This document shows positions 34,381-43,289 of a DNA stretch of 64,000 nucleotides, piece by piece. Position numbers and translations under genes: made by a program. The notes under the pieces were generated by a model. The model saw nothing but the letters and a program-made list of their open reading frames with translations. It was not told the origin of the DNA and did not search any database. Position 1 is the first letter of the stretch. Each line of letters opens with the position of its first letter. Origin of the DNA: Syntrophorhabdales bacterium (GTDB lineage: Bacteria > Desulfobacterota > Syntrophorhabdia > Syntrophorhabdales > WCHB1-27); the NCBI GenBank assembly GCA_035541455.1, contig DATKNH010000013.1:4780-68779 (forward strand). The letters run 5' to 3'.

Positions 34381-34623
34381 ATGGAAAGCGACAAGAAGGT
34401 TCTGATCTACTCGACGCCGACCTGACCGCACTGCAAGAGGGCGAAAAAGTTCCTCGAGGAGAATGGTATCTCCTTTCAAGACGTGGATGTTGCAGCAGAT
34501 AAAACAGCACGCGAAGAGATGTCCCGGAAAGCAGGACAGATGGTAGTACCTGTTTTCGATATCAACGGAACAATTGTGGTCGGATTTTCTGAGAGCAAAT
34601 TGAAGGAAGCTCTCGGGCTCTAA
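34381..34623 (+). CDS. Glutaredoxin-like (NrdH/YruB-type) selenoprotein, redox motif U-P-H-C
   Basis: MESDKKVLIYSTPT-TGA-PHCKRAKKFLEENGISFQDVDVAADKTAREEMSRKAGQMVVPVFDINGTIVVGFSESKLKEALGL. TGA (34423-34425) sits at the first Cys position of CPxC. GGAGGTG RBS. The frame stays open to TAA at 34621. Confidence 0.8.
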
Positions 34624-34647
34624 TCTCTCTTTTCTGTGGGGTCTTAC

Positions 34648-35559
34648 ATGTACGATGTGGCCATCGTCGGCGCCGGACCTGCGGGCCTGACAGCAGCAGT
34701 CTATAGCGCAAGGAAGAAGCTGAGCGTACTCTTGATCAGTAAGGATGTGGGCGGCCAGACACTCTGGACGAACGAGATAGAAAACTATATGGGTTATCAG
34801 TTTATAGAGGGAGCGGAGCTCATTGAGAAATTCGAGAGGCAGGTACGCCAGTTTCCCATAGATGTGAAAATAGAAGAAGAGGTTGTCGGTTTAGAAAGAG
34901 TGGAGGGCGGCTTCGGGTTACAAACGGCAGGAGCAGGAAGCTACCAGGCAAAGACAGTGATTATTGCCAGCGGTAAACGGCCTCGGTCGCTTGGCGTTCC
35001 AGGAGAAGAGCGCTTGCGGGGTCGGGGAGTCACCTACTGTTCCACGTGTGATGGCCCGCTGTTCGAGGGAATGAAAGTGGCTGTGATCGGCGGCGGCAAC
35101 TCGGCCGTAGAAGCGGTCATCGATATGCTGAAGATTGCAGAACATGTGTATATGATTTCGCTTACGCCCCTGACGTGCGACCAGATCCTTCATGAACGGG
35201 TCAAAGAAGGCACGAATGTTACAGTCTTCACTGAACACGAAACCCAGGAGGTGCTGGGTGATTCTTCTGTGTCAGGCATCCGCATCAAGGATCTCAAAAC
35301 GGGTGAGGAGCGGACACTGGAAGTACAAGGAGTCTTTGTTGAAATCGGATTAATTCCCAACTCTGATCTGGCGAGGGACCTGCTCGGGCTCAATAAGGTT
35401 CGTGAGATCGAGGTGAACTGTTCCGGAGAGACCGGGGTTCCGGGTTTGTTTGCAGCCGGAGACGTCACTGATGTTCCTGAAAAGCAGATTGTTGTTGCAG
35501 CAGGCGAGGGAGCCAAGGCTGCCCTGCAGGCCTACCGTTATCTTCAAAAGTTCGGATAG
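34648..35559 (+). CDS. Thioredoxin reductase / AhpF-C-terminal-like FAD pyridine-nucleotide-disulfide oxidoreductase
   Basis: MYDVAIVGAGPAGLTAAVY (FAD), redox motif GVTYCSTCDG, VAVIGGGNSAVEA (NAD(P)), GLFAAGDVT. Starts 25 nt after the Grx-like gene. Confidence 0.8.
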   Translation: MYDVAIVGAGPAGLTAAVYSARKKLSVLLISKDVGGQTLWTNEIENYMGYQFIEGAELIEKFERQVRQFPIDVKIEEEVVGLERVEGGFGLQTAGAGSYQAKTVIIASGKRPRSLGVPGEERLRGRGVTYCSTCDGPLFEGMKVAVIGGGNSAVEAVIDMLKIAEHVYMISLTPLTCDQILHERVKEGTNVTVFTEHETQEVLGDSSVSGIRIKDLKTGEERTLEVQGVFVEIGLIPNSDLARDLLGLNKVREIEVNCSGETGVPGLFAAGDVTDVPEKQIVVAAGEGAKAALQAYRYLQKFG

Positions 35560-35577
35560 ATTCACGCTTACTCTACC

Positions 35578-35605
35578 GGGCCTCTCAGGAAGTCACAAGA
35601 GGCCC
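35578..35605 (+). terminator. Hairpin after the TrxR-like gene
   Basis: GGGCCTCT (35578-35585) / AGAGGCCC (35598-35605) with a 12-nt loop. The downstream T-tract is weak. Confidence 0.4.
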
Positions 35606-36088
35606 TCCTTCCGCAAGGCCATTTTTCGCCCGAATGGGCGGGTCAAAACCGGGTATCGCCAAGTTGCCATAATCAAAGGTGATTTTTTCTGAGCATTTTC
35701 CTGGCAGGTAATCATATCAGAATATTCAGTTTACCGGATATTAGTTGAAACCATTGGGCTTTTGCGATTGCCACACCATGGGGCAAATTGAAAAAACGTT
35801 AGTAAAAATGGGCGCTTGCGCATCTATCTCGACAAATTTTTTACAAGTTTTCAACAGGATTTGTGGAAAACTTCTCTAACTCAGCGAGTTTTCAGATGTA
35901 TCCCTTAGATCTGCCTGCGGGATATGGAGTACGTGTGAAAGGTCAAAGTTTGTGGTGTAGTGTGACCCGAACGACGCAGCACATTTGCTTAGCTAAAATA
36001 TGCTGCTAGCCGATAATTCTTGTGAGATGGGCGAAGCGTTCGGACTGAACCGGTCAGCCAGCGCACTGTTTTGAAATAAGGATTGGTC

Positions 36089-37081
36089 ATGGAGAAAATC
36101 TCCCTTGTCCGAAGGAGAAAACAGGCCGCGGAGCGGCCCGCGCCTGATCCTGTCGTTGAGAAAGAGGCCCAGAAAGAACCCACGCAGTCCAAGAAGACGG
36201 CACGGCAGTGGTTTGAGGAAGGTATGGCCTGCGATGGTGCCAGGGCAACATCGGACAAAGCGATTGAAGCCTACAAACAGAGTCTGCAACTGGACGAGAA
36301 TCTAACCGATGCGCACGTTAACCTCGGGTTTGCATATCTTGAAAAAGAACTCTACGAAGAAGCCTTGAAATGTTTCACCAAGGTAGCCGAACTCGAAGGC
36401 GATAATCCCGAATCATACAACAACCTCGGCTACGTCTATGAGAAGATGGACCGGCTGGGTGCCGCAAAGCAGATGTACGAGAAAGCGCTGCAGGTGCGGC
36501 CTGATGATGTCGAAGCATTGATCAACCTCGCCCACATCGCGGACCTGCAGGGGGACTATCAAGGCTCCCTCGGCTACTATCAGATGGCAATCAAAGCCCG
36601 TCCTGATGCAGTGTCAGCGCATTTCTGTCTTGCCACATTGTACGATCGCCACGATATGTTCGATGAAGCCGTCGAAGAATATCAGAGGGTTGTCAAGTTG
36701 GATCCCGCACATGTAAAGGCTCTGCTCAACCTGGGAAGCCTGCTGACCAAACAGGGCCAGTACCGAAAAGCTATAGAGTGCCTCCAGCGCGTGCTGGGGG
36801 TATCAGGGGACAATGCGGACGCACACAATAACCTGGGTGCGATTTACGAAGAACTGGGAAGATACCATGATGCGGTGACAGCGTACGAAAAGTCTATCTC
36901 TATAGACTCTTTCCACGAAGATGCTCATTTTAACCTCGCCAGGCTCGAGTATTACCAGTATGCCGCAAACCCCGGGGCTTACAAGAAGGAACCGATCGCA
37001 CGGCGACTCCAGTTCGTGCTTTCCATGAACCCGAAGAATGCGAAAGTGGAACAGCTCCTCCAGAAACTTCAGCAGACGTAA
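36089..37081 (+). CDS. TPR-repeat protein
   Basis: About 330 aa with 7-8 consecutive 34-aa TPR units (e.g. AHVNLGFAYLEKELYEEALKCFTKVAELEGDNPE). Confidence 0.85.
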   Translation: MEKISLVRRRKQAAERPAPDPVVEKEAQKEPTQSKKTARQWFEEGMACDGARATSDKAIEAYKQSLQLDENLTDAHVNLGFAYLEKELYEEALKCFTKVAELEGDNPESYNNLGYVYEKMDRLGAAKQMYEKALQVRPDDVEALINLAHIADLQGDYQGSLGYYQMAIKARPDAVSAHFCLATLYDRHDMFDEAVEEYQRVVKLDPAHVKALLNLGSLLTKQGQYRKAIECLQRVLGVSGDNADAHNNLGAIYEELGRYHDAVTAYEKSISIDSFHEDAHFNLARLEYYQYAANPGAYKKEPIARRLQFVLSMNPKNAKVEQLLQKLQQT

Positions 37082-37111
37082 TAGTGGACAGGAAATGAGG
37101 AATTGATAACG

Positions 37112-37171
37112 CGAAGAAGCGGACCGGTCTGTTAAGTGTTGTGCAGCCTATTGAACCCGCCCGCTTCTTCG
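37112..37171. terminator. Bidirectional terminator-like inverted repeat between convergent genes
   Basis: CGAAGAAGCGG (37112-37122) is perfectly complementary to CCGCTTCTTCG (37161-37171), with a 38-nt loop. Confidence 0.5.
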
Positions 37172-37198
37172 GTTCTTCTCAGATGTTCGCGCTCACCG

Positions 37199-38221
37199 CT
37201 AGTGCGACTTTAGATACTCGAGGCAAAACTTAAGGACTTCATCGCCGGGAAGTCCTTTTGCCTTCATGTTATTCGCGTACTCATCCAGCAGGGGCCTTAC
37301 CTGGGCAGCCCATCGCGCGTCTTCCTCTTTTGAGAGGGCTATGATTTTGCTACCCCGCGCCTGTACCAGATCCATGGCTTCTTTGTCTATCTCATCCCAT
37401 GCCTTGCCCTCTTTCTCGATCCACTCCTCGTTGATCTTCTCGATTATTTTCTGATCCACAGGAGAGATGGAATTCCACTTCGCCTTGTTCATGACGACAA
37501 AATGTGCAGAGGTGTAAGCCGCCCCGTAATCCAGCGTATGGCTGCTGACGACTTCTGCCAGCTTCCATCCTTTCATCGCCTCAAAAGGACAAAGAATGGC
37601 ATCTGCGACGCCTTTGGAGAGGGCGTCGTATGACTCACCCATTGGCATGCCGACAGGCGCGCCCCCAAGAGCCAGAGCAATGTTCGCTGCTACACCTTGA
37701 GATCTGATCTTGAGACCTTTGACATCTTCGAGCTTCATGACCGGTTTCTTGCTGTGAAGGAGACCCGGGCCGTGGCTGTAAAAATAGAGGACCTTCGTCT
37801 CATCCCATTCCTTAGGCTTAAACTTGTTGTAGAATGCATTGGTCATGTGCGTTGCCTGCGTGGCGCTCTTGTAACCGAGAGGGAGACCGACAACCTCGGT
37901 GAGCGGAAACTTTCCTCTGGTATAGGCCGCATCAGCGAGACCGATGTCGGCGATGCCCTTAACCAAGCTGTCGTATGTCTGCACGGCAGGCGTAAGCGTG
38001 TTGTTGGGGTACACCGTTACCTTCACCCGTCCATTGGTCCTCTTTTCAACCTCCTTACACCAGTCATTGACTACCTGACTCTGCCGGTGCGGAGCCGGAA
38101 ACATGGTCGAATAGCGGAGCGTAATGGTTTTTTCTTCGGCTGCGCCTCCCTGACTAGGGATGAGGCAGATAAGAAAAGCCAGCATGATAAGACCGATGCC
38201 AACAACAGAAAACTTTTTCAT
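37199..38221 (-). CDS. dctP: TRAP transporter substrate-binding protein, DctP family (divergent member)
   Basis: 340 aa with a signal peptide. TLRYSTMFPAPHRQSQVVNDWCKEVEKRTNGRVKVTVYPNNTL is DctP-like. AAGGAGG RBS. Confidence 0.8.
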   Translation of the reverse strand: MKKFSVVGIGLIMLAFLICLIPSQGGAAEEKTITLRYSTMFPAPHRQSQVVNDWCKEVEKRTNGRVKVTVYPNNTLTPAVQTYDSLVKGIADIGLADAAYTRGKFPLTEVVGLPLGYKSATQATHMTNAFYNKFKPKEWDETKVLYFYSHGPGLLHSKKPVMKLEDVKGLKIRSQGVAANIALALGGAPVGMPMGESYDALSKGVADAILCPFEAMKGWKLAEVVSSHTLDYGAAYTSAHFVVMNKAKWNSISPVDQKIIEKINEEWIEKEGKAWDEIDKEAMDLVQARGSKIIALSKEEDARWAAQVRPLLDEYANNMKAKGLPGDEVLKFCLEYLKSH

Positions 38222-38247
38222 AACAATTCCTCCTTCGTAGTGAATAC

Positions 38248-38373
38248 AGGTTAAGGATAGAACAAGGTGAAGGCAGAAGCAGGCAGAGGAAAAAACGAAA
38301 TAAAGGTTGAGACAAAGCGTACACCACTTTCGTTTTTATCTTAACCTTCGCTTCAGCCTTTACCTCAACCTGC
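38248..38373. repeat. Intercistronic hairpin repeat, copy E2
   Basis: Left arm AGGTTAAGGATAGAACAAGGTGAAGGCAGAAGC pairs with right arm CGCTTCAGCCTTTACCTCAACCT. An inner AAAAACGAAA / TTTCGTTTTT pair is present. Shares 10-mers with E1 (ACCTCAACCT, TTTCGTTTTT) and words with E3 (AGGTTAAGG, AGGTGAAGGC). Confidence 0.75.
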
Positions 38374-38397
38374 TTTATCTTTTTCCTGTTTTCTGTC

Positions 38398-39792
38398 TTA
38401 GACCAGGTCCTCCGGATTTGGAATAAACTTCTTCAGATCTATCCGTTTCATTACATCCTCAGGTATAGCTGCCACAGGGGGCAGATCCTTGCGGAACGGC
38501 TTTGCGGTCGCGTCTATGCCCACTTTTGTCACGACAGCCTCTTGCGCTGACGACAGATCAAGGTCCGTACCGAGCACGCCCGGCAGGATCATTACGTCCC
38601 TGTCTGCCTGCACCCTTGTGGCGAGCGCCCAGGTCATTTGGGCACCATTGTCCAGGTCGATGTCGGTATCAACGCAGACAACGTACTTGAGGTACAGGTC
38701 ATTGGCAAATGCCGCAAGGATAGCCTGTTTTGGCTGCCCCGCATGTTTCTTATCGATTTGAATAAACCCGTACCACCAACCTGCTGCCGCGATGAATTTG
38801 AATTTCTTTACGTCGGGTACGGCCTCTTTAATTTTGCGGTTCATAAAGGAATGTTGCGGGATACGGCCCATCAGCATACCCTTGCTCGGCCAGGCTCCCA
38901 TGTCGTGCACGATCGGGTTCTTCCTATGGGTTATCGCTGTGATCTTTACAGGGTGGCGCATGGCCACCTGGTGGTACTTGGTGAAATCACCCCACGGGCC
39001 TTCCTGCTCCCGGACACCCGGGGGGATGACGCCTTCTATGATGATCTCGGCACGTGCGGGCACAAGTACGTCGCTTGTCTCGCATCTCACCACCTCAAGG
39101 GGCTCTCCCATCAGGCTTCCCGCAATGTCAAATTCTGAAGGTGGATGGCTCACACGGCTCTGAAAAGCGGTAGCCCACGCAGGATGAAGCCCTATGGCAA
39201 ATGCGATAGGCATCGGCTCGTTGCGTTCCATGTAATCATTATAGATGTGCCAGAAATGACGACCGGGCGTGATGTGAGTTACACCGAGGTGCGGCTTTTT
39301 TACCATGAAGCGGTAGTGAGAGCAATGGGGAGCATTTATCTTTCTATCCATCACTATGCCCACCGCCCTTGTGAGATAAGGCGCTTCGCCCTTGTGATGA
39401 GTGATAAAAGGGAAACGCGTCATATCCGCCTTTTTGCCCGTGAGTACAACATCCCTGCAAGGAGCATCTTCTTTCTTGATCTCCTTTGCGGGATACTTAT
39501 TCAGCCGGATTGCCTCCTCTTCCTTCTCGCCGTAAAAGTCTTCAACTCTTTGCGGAGGGATACCAAGGGCGAGGCTGTACTTGGTGGCGCTGGTCTCGGT
39601 ATTACATACGACAGGCGTGCTGTACCCTTTCACCTTCTCGAAGAGAACCATGGGGTATTTGCCCATAAGGTCCAGTTTCTTTACTATTGCGGTGATCTCA
39701 TACTTGGGATCAACCTCCCGCGTGACCCTCACGAACTCCTGCGGCAGCTCTCTTTCGCAATCCGCCATGAACGTCCTTAAATCTCTCGCCAT
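38398..39792 (-). CDS. UbiD-family (prFMN-dependent) decarboxylase, second distant paralog
   Basis: About 464 aa from MARDLRTFMADCE (AGGAGG RBS). UbiD-like N-terminus ...YPMVLFEKVKGY and family-typical length. Confidence 0.85.
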   Translation of the reverse strand: MARDLRTFMADCERELPQEFVRVTREVDPKYEITAIVKKLDLMGKYPMVLFEKVKGYSTPVVCNTETSATKYSLALGIPPQRVEDFYGEKEEEAIRLNKYPAKEIKKEDAPCRDVVLTGKKADMTRFPFITHHKGEAPYLTRAVGIVMDRKINAPHCSHYRFMVKKPHLGVTHITPGRHFWHIYNDYMERNEPMPIAFAIGLHPAWATAFQSRVSHPPSEFDIAGSLMGEPLEVVRCETSDVLVPARAEIIIEGVIPPGVREQEGPWGDFTKYHQVAMRHPVKITAITHRKNPIVHDMGAWPSKGMLMGRIPQHSFMNRKIKEAVPDVKKFKFIAAAGWWYGFIQIDKKHAGQPKQAILAAFANDLYLKYVVCVDTDIDLDNGAQMTWALATRVQADRDVMILPGVLGTDLDLSSAQEAVVTKVGIDATAKPFRKDLPPVAAIPEDVMKRIDLKKFIPNPEDLV

Positions 39793-39833
39793 TAATAAGC
39801 CCTCCTTAAGGAACACATTTCACGCTAGAGTAA

Positions 39834-40811
39834 CTACTTCTTCCAAGCGCCGATTTCTTTCAGATATTTTTCCGCTCCCGGGTGAAAAGGAACAGGTGTG
39901 GCCTTCGTCATATTCTCAATTGTAAAATCACCTGTTGTCGAAGCGTGGATCGCATAGTAGTCCTGCCGGTGTTCCCAGAGATTTTTCAGGAATCGATATA
40001 CAAGATCTTCACTCACGTCAGCATGCGTGAAGATGCTGGTGGCAAATCCGTAGACCGGCGTATCCTGGTCCATTCCTTTGTATGATTTTGCTTTGATGAT
40101 CCTCTTGTAATAGTAAGGGTGTTCCGGAAGTATCTTGTTAAATGCCTGTTCATCCACCGGTACCACGCGTGCGGGCGTAAGCTGTGAAAGCTCCATGTAG
40201 GAGGGCATCGGATAAGCTCCTCCAAGAAAGCCACCGTCCAGGCTCCCGTTCTGTATGCCCTCGACTACTTCTTTGAAGACATAGTAGTACGGTTTGAAAT
40301 CGTTTTTTGTCACACCATGCGCTTCAAAAAAAAGAAGAGCGCTTGTGGAGACAGTGCTGCCCGGCCCTCCGATGCCTATGCGCTTGCCTTTGGCATCTGC
40401 AAAGGATTTGATGGGGCCCCTGGCAGGTACAGCAAAGTACTGGTCCGATCCGTTGATAAAACATATCGCCCGCAATGTTGAGAAGGGCTTACCCGCGTAT
40501 TCGCCAAGCCCCTTATACGCACGATAGCCGTCAGGCGTGCCGAAAAGAGCGAATGCCGGTTTTTTGCCTGCCTCCCTCTGCATCATGCGGCGGACCATCT
40601 CCATGGTTCCTGTGGCTGCCTCATGAACGAAGTTGACATCGGTCATGTATTTATTGGTAACTGCCGCCACCCCGGCGCCGAGCACGTAGACTGTTCCCCC
40701 TGAGGGCGGCGTATATAAAGGAGCAAGTTCCGCAGCTCGGGATGTGCTCGTTGCCAGTACCGTGACTGCGAATATTAAGCTCACTAAGGTGATCAGGATG
40801 ATATCTTTCAT
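39834..40811 (-). CDS. TAXI-family TRAP solute receptor
   Basis: Start at MKDIILI (GGGAGGA RBS) with a signal peptide. GGTVYVLGAGVAAVTNKY...RIGIGGPGSTVSTSALLFFEAHGV is the TAXI/NMT1-like pattern. Confidence 0.75.
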   Translation of the reverse strand: MKDIILITLVSLIFAVTVLATSTSRAAELAPLYTPPSGGTVYVLGAGVAAVTNKYMTDVNFVHEAATGTMEMVRRMMQREAGKKPAFALFGTPDGYRAYKGLGEYAGKPFSTLRAICFINGSDQYFAVPARGPIKSFADAKGKRIGIGGPGSTVSTSALLFFEAHGVTKNDFKPYYYVFKEVVEGIQNGSLDGGFLGGAYPMPSYMELSQLTPARVVPVDEQAFNKILPEHPYYYKRIIKAKSYKGMDQDTPVYGFATSIFTHADVSEDLVYRFLKNLWEHRQDYYAIHASTTGDFTIENMTKATPVPFHPGAEKYLKEIGAWKK

Positions 40812-40905
40812 TTTGATCCTCCCACGCTCTTGCTGGTCGCTTGTCTCCTGCAAGATGCTCAAGGCTGTTCACCGCTTACCCCTGACTGCTCACTTGCTGC
40901 TGCTC

Positions 40906-42201
40906 TTAGGCCACTCCCGGTATGATATTGCCCCCTGAGGGGAAGATCGCAACATCAGCCTGCGGCATCTTGTTCGCAGCCATATCCACTGCCTCGGGGA
41001 GCGTGCGAGCGTGAGTGAACTTCATCATCCGTACGGTCTCTGTCGGCAGCCCTTCGGTGACGTGTATCACGTCAAACTTCTCTGCGAGTTCCTTGAAGAA
41101 GACCACCTGCATAATATACGAGATGCCAAACGAGGTTAGCTGGTCGGGAATCTTCCCGGCGATCAACCTGCGGTGAAAATCAGTGGCGGTTTCAGAACTC
41201 GCCATCTCCTGGACGAGAGGCAGTATCGGACCGGCCTCCTTTTGAGGGGCGACCCAGATGATGATGCCTCCCGAACGGGTGCAGTAGCCGGCCATGGTCA
41301 GGGCCTTGGTAGCCTGCACGGCGATTTCCAGGGGATACGCCGACGTGATCGTCACATCAGCGACCTTGGCAAGAGGAACGAAGTAAAGGGACGCCGCGAA
41401 CTTGGCAGCCTCTCTGTGCTCAGCCACCGTTTCTCCTGCGAACGCGCGAATGATTTCTTTCCTGTCGTTGATGACGAGATCGAGCTTGAACGCGAGCCGT
41501 GCCAGTCGTCCTGCGTCGGTGATCTCTTCGTAAAAAGGATTGCCGTCCATCACGTTTACTTTGGCATATCGATGACGAATCCAGGCGAAATGATGATCTG
41601 CTACTGCCCGATAGGAACAGACGCCGGGCATTATAATCTTGTTTCCGCCACCGAAGCCTGCAGTGGGATGCGGCATACACTCACCAACGCCCACGATCAG
41701 GTCAGCAAAGGCCACGTGAGGGTTGATCTCGATCAGAGCGCCCCTGTGGGTTCGACCGATGACAACGTTTTGTGTGGAGTAGGGATCGTGGGAGACGAGC
41801 CGTTCACCCAACCGTTTTGCGACTTCCTCGCCCGCCTTTTTCTTCAGCTGTTCATATGATAGGACCGGGTGTGTTCCCAGGGCACATACCGCAGTCATGC
41901 GCGAATCAGGAATCCCCGCGCGGTTAAGGCGGTTCATCAATTCAGGCAGCGCCAGGTGTGCGGGTGTCGGCCGCTGAAGATCGTCGAACAGCAGCACGAC
42001 ATCCATCCCGGGCTTAGCAAGCTCCTCCAGCCTTGGCCCTCCTACGGGATTGTCGAGCGCCCTCTTGATTTCGGCTACAGGATCGGCTACGCCTGGAACT
42101 GTCGGCTTGTCCTGATCAGAGAGTACTTTCCACCCCGGGGGTAAAGAGAAGCACATCTGCTTTCCCTCGCAGATGACGTAACGTTCACGTGCCTCGGCCA
42201 T
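40906..42201 (-). CDS. LarA-family (nickel-pincer nucleotide-dependent) 2-hydroxyacid racemase/epimerase homolog
   Basis: 431 aa. ALGTHP plus CMPHPTAGFGGGNKIIMPG correspond to the LarA catalytic His and the H..GF.GG.K cofactor-tethering Lys motif (DUF2088 domain). Confidence 0.75.
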   Translation of the reverse strand: MAEARERYVICEGKQMCFSLPPGWKVLSDQDKPTVPGVADPVAEIKRALDNPVGGPRLEELAKPGMDVVLLFDDLQRPTPAHLALPELMNRLNRAGIPDSRMTAVCALGTHPVLSYEQLKKKAGEEVAKRLGERLVSHDPYSTQNVVIGRTHRGALIEINPHVAFADLIVGVGECMPHPTAGFGGGNKIIMPGVCSYRAVADHHFAWIRHRYAKVNVMDGNPFYEEITDAGRLARLAFKLDLVINDRKEIIRAFAGETVAEHREAAKFAASLYFVPLAKVADVTITSAYPLEIAVQATKALTMAGYCTRSGGIIIWVAPQKEAGPILPLVQEMASSETATDFHRRLIAGKIPDQLTSFGISYIMQVVFFKELAEKFDVIHVTEGLPTETVRMMKFTHARTLPEAVDMAANKMPQADVAIFPSGGNIIPGVA

Positions 42202-42204
42202 CTA

Positions 42205-43209
42205 TCACCTCGTCTTGGTAAGTAATTTCTTCAACTCGGGAGTTGTCTTGGGAGCTTTTTCCATCAACTCTGCCCATCCCGCATCATACGCTGTTTTCAG
42301 GAATTTTTCGCTTTCAGCAGGGGAGAGTTGGATGACCTCGATGCCTTCCTTCTGCAGTATAGGGCGTTCCTTCTTCTTCAGATCGTCGAAGAGTGCGACT
42401 GCTTTTTTCTCGCCTTCCACTGCAGCCTCATTCAGGATATCCTGAAGCTTCTTCGGCAAACCATTGAATGTCTTCTGGTTGATGAGGACGGGATTGGGCA
42501 CGTTGTAGAACCCCGGCTCGACGACGTATTTCGTTACCTTGTCCCAGCCCCAGTCGCGGATCCCGACAGAGGGCCAGCAATAACCGTCCACAACATGGCG
42601 TTCCAGTGCCGCGTATACTTCTGTCGGTGGTATCACCACCGGGTTCCCGCCCAGGGTCTTTATTGCCTGCAGCTGGTTTGCAGATACCCTGATGTTCAAC
42701 CCTTTTAAATCGGCGCTCTTGATCGGCTTAACCAGATAAAGGTGAAATTTGAGATCGAGTCCGAGCCTCGCCTGGTAACGAAGCCCTAGCCTCTGTTCAT
42801 GGAGCGTGTTAAAGTACGCCCAGGCTCCGCTCGCCCTTTCCTCCATGGGTGTCATCGTGGAAAGCTTCATTGCATCCGCTTCGGGGAGCACCGAGAGATA
42901 GTAGGCGTTTGTAGTGAAGACCATATCCACCATGCCGCGCTGCGCAGCTGCCACCTGCTCGTTTGTCTTCACAGCTTCCGGGCCGCCGATGTACTGAATT
43001 TTCAACTCACCCGGCGCCTTCTTCGCTACAAGCTGTTCGACCAGGTCGGTGAAAATGAAGAAAGCCTGGTTATCTGTGGCTGTTTTTGGCCAGGCGGTCA
43101 CTGCCTTGAGGGTGACAGATTCAGCAGCCCGAGCAACAGGGGTGTGGACGGTAAATACAGAAGCCATGAAAATAACTGTGCAGAAAAGAATGAATGATCC
43201 CTTTTTCAT
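42205..43209 (-). CDS. dctP: TRAP substrate-binding protein, DctP family (paralog group member 1)
   Basis: 334 aa with a signal peptide. Close paralog of 43290-44294 and 57166-58158 (shared blocks GGPEAVK, LGGNPVV, VVDGY). Confidence 0.85.
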   Translation of the reverse strand: MKKGSFILFCTVIFMASVFTVHTPVARAAESVTLKAVTAWPKTATDNQAFFIFTDLVEQLVAKKAPGELKIQYIGGPEAVKTNEQVAAAQRGMVDMVFTTNAYYLSVLPEADAMKLSTMTPMEERASGAWAYFNTLHEQRLGLRYQARLGLDLKFHLYLVKPIKSADLKGLNIRVSANQLQAIKTLGGNPVVIPPTEVYAALERHVVDGYCWPSVGIRDWGWDKVTKYVVEPGFYNVPNPVLINQKTFNGLPKKLQDILNEAAVEGEKKAVALFDDLKKKERPILQKEGIEVIQLSPAESEKFLKTAYDAGWAELMEKAPKTTPELKKLLTKTR

Positions 43210-43289
43210 CGGTGGCCTCCCTTCAAGTTTCTGTGCAGCCCGTATTTGTCTGAGCCGGACCGCCTTTACTCTACCGTGATATACCTGAC

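Noticed and set aside
34423-34425. The in-frame TGA of the glutaredoxin-like gene read as a nonsense mutation or pseudogene.
   Set aside because: The codon falls exactly on the first Cys of the CPxC redox motif. The downstream 65 codons are intact and family-typical, and the gene keeps a strong RBS. A selenocysteine codon is the simpler reading, although I could not run a SECIS search.
33848-34510. The 220-aa version of the cupin ORF, extending upstream across the Grx locus.
   Set aside because: The extra 107 aa are Cys/Arg/Ser-rich nonsense and overlap the Sec-glutaredoxin gene on the other strand. An AAGGAG RBS precedes the internal Met at 34189, which gives a normal 113-aa cupin.
35809-35822. 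A sigma54-like TGG...TTGC...GCA string (TGGGCGCTTGCGCA).
   Set aside because: The GG to GC spacing is 10 nt rather than the 12 nt of the -24/-12 consensus. No enhancer-binding protein gene is nearby.
35778-35879. A 33-codon ORF (MGQIEKTLVKMGACASISTNFLQVFNRICGKLL) in the AT-rich gap.
   Set aside because: It has no RBS and no recognisable family, and its codon usage looks intergenic. It is retained only as a note under the gap finding.
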